64,000 nt of DNA from Patescibacteria group bacterium (GTDB taxonomy: Bacteria; Patescibacteriota; Patescibacteriia; UBA2591; UBA4787), in contig JAQUSN010000002.1 in the NCBI GenBank assembly GCA_028715115.1, positions 68,944 through 132,943 of the forward strand, read 5' to 3'. Under the pieces are notes generated by a model that was not told where the DNA came from, searched no databases, and saw only the letters and a list, made by a program, of their open reading frames with translations. The stretch's first letter is position 1, and each line of letters begins with the position of its first letter. A program made the position numbers and the translations under genes. Shown here piece after piece: positions 63,879 through 64,000 of the stretch.

Positions 63879-63913
63879 GCCCTGCGCGCTTTCGCGCAGG
63901 GCCTTTTCTTTTT
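63879..63913 (+). terminator. GC hairpin plus T tract (terminator and/or DGR cis hairpin)
   Basis: GCCCTGCGCG-CTTT-CGCGCAGGGC followed by CTTTTCTTTTT. Confidence 0.7.
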
Positions 63914-64000
63914 AATTATTTCTAGTAAAATAATATTTGGCGGTAGGTGAATACGCAGGCGGTCAAGGCTTCTTGCTACCGAGGCCAGTGTTTATGCAAC

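Noticed and set aside
552-63925. Numerous short antisense or alternate-frame ORFs (e.g. 552-791, 16876-17235, 47899-48327, 55227-55547, 63401-63925)
   Set aside because: They overlap well-supported genes and show no recognisable motifs

Overview
AT-rich, gene-dense bacterial chromosome segment (standard code; most genes lack a Shine-Dalgarno). Gene content points to Patescibacteria/CPR (Parcubacteria-like); this taxonomy is an inference. Housekeeping genes: elp3, murI, ruvX, alaS, scpAB, rsmI, metG, greA, mtaB-like, iorAB, rsmA, radA, mreCD-mrdA, gyrB, secE-nusG-rplK-rplA, gatB, miaA, miaB. A ~22 kb relaxase-free T4SS-like surface locus (25.4-47.8 kb) carries a 2671-aa Cys-rich protein, VirB6-, PrgI- and VirB4-like genes and two pilin-cargo fusions. 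Main findings: (1) short REP-like palindromic elements that behave as insertions, sitting in frame in elp3, rsmA and miaA, in the iorA 3' end, and inside 'ghost' duplicates of the miaB and cvpA gene starts, where removing them restores the N-terminal coding sequence; (2) an Elp3 plus Trm9/ALKBH8-like divergent pair, a possible bacterial mcm5U34 pathway; (3) a DUF3800 gene with a convergent promoter and hairpin sRNA; (4) a GC-rich gene at the right edge with a DGR variable-region codon signature. No rRNA, tRNA or CRISPR array was recognised. All calls come from reading the sequence by eye; no searches were run.
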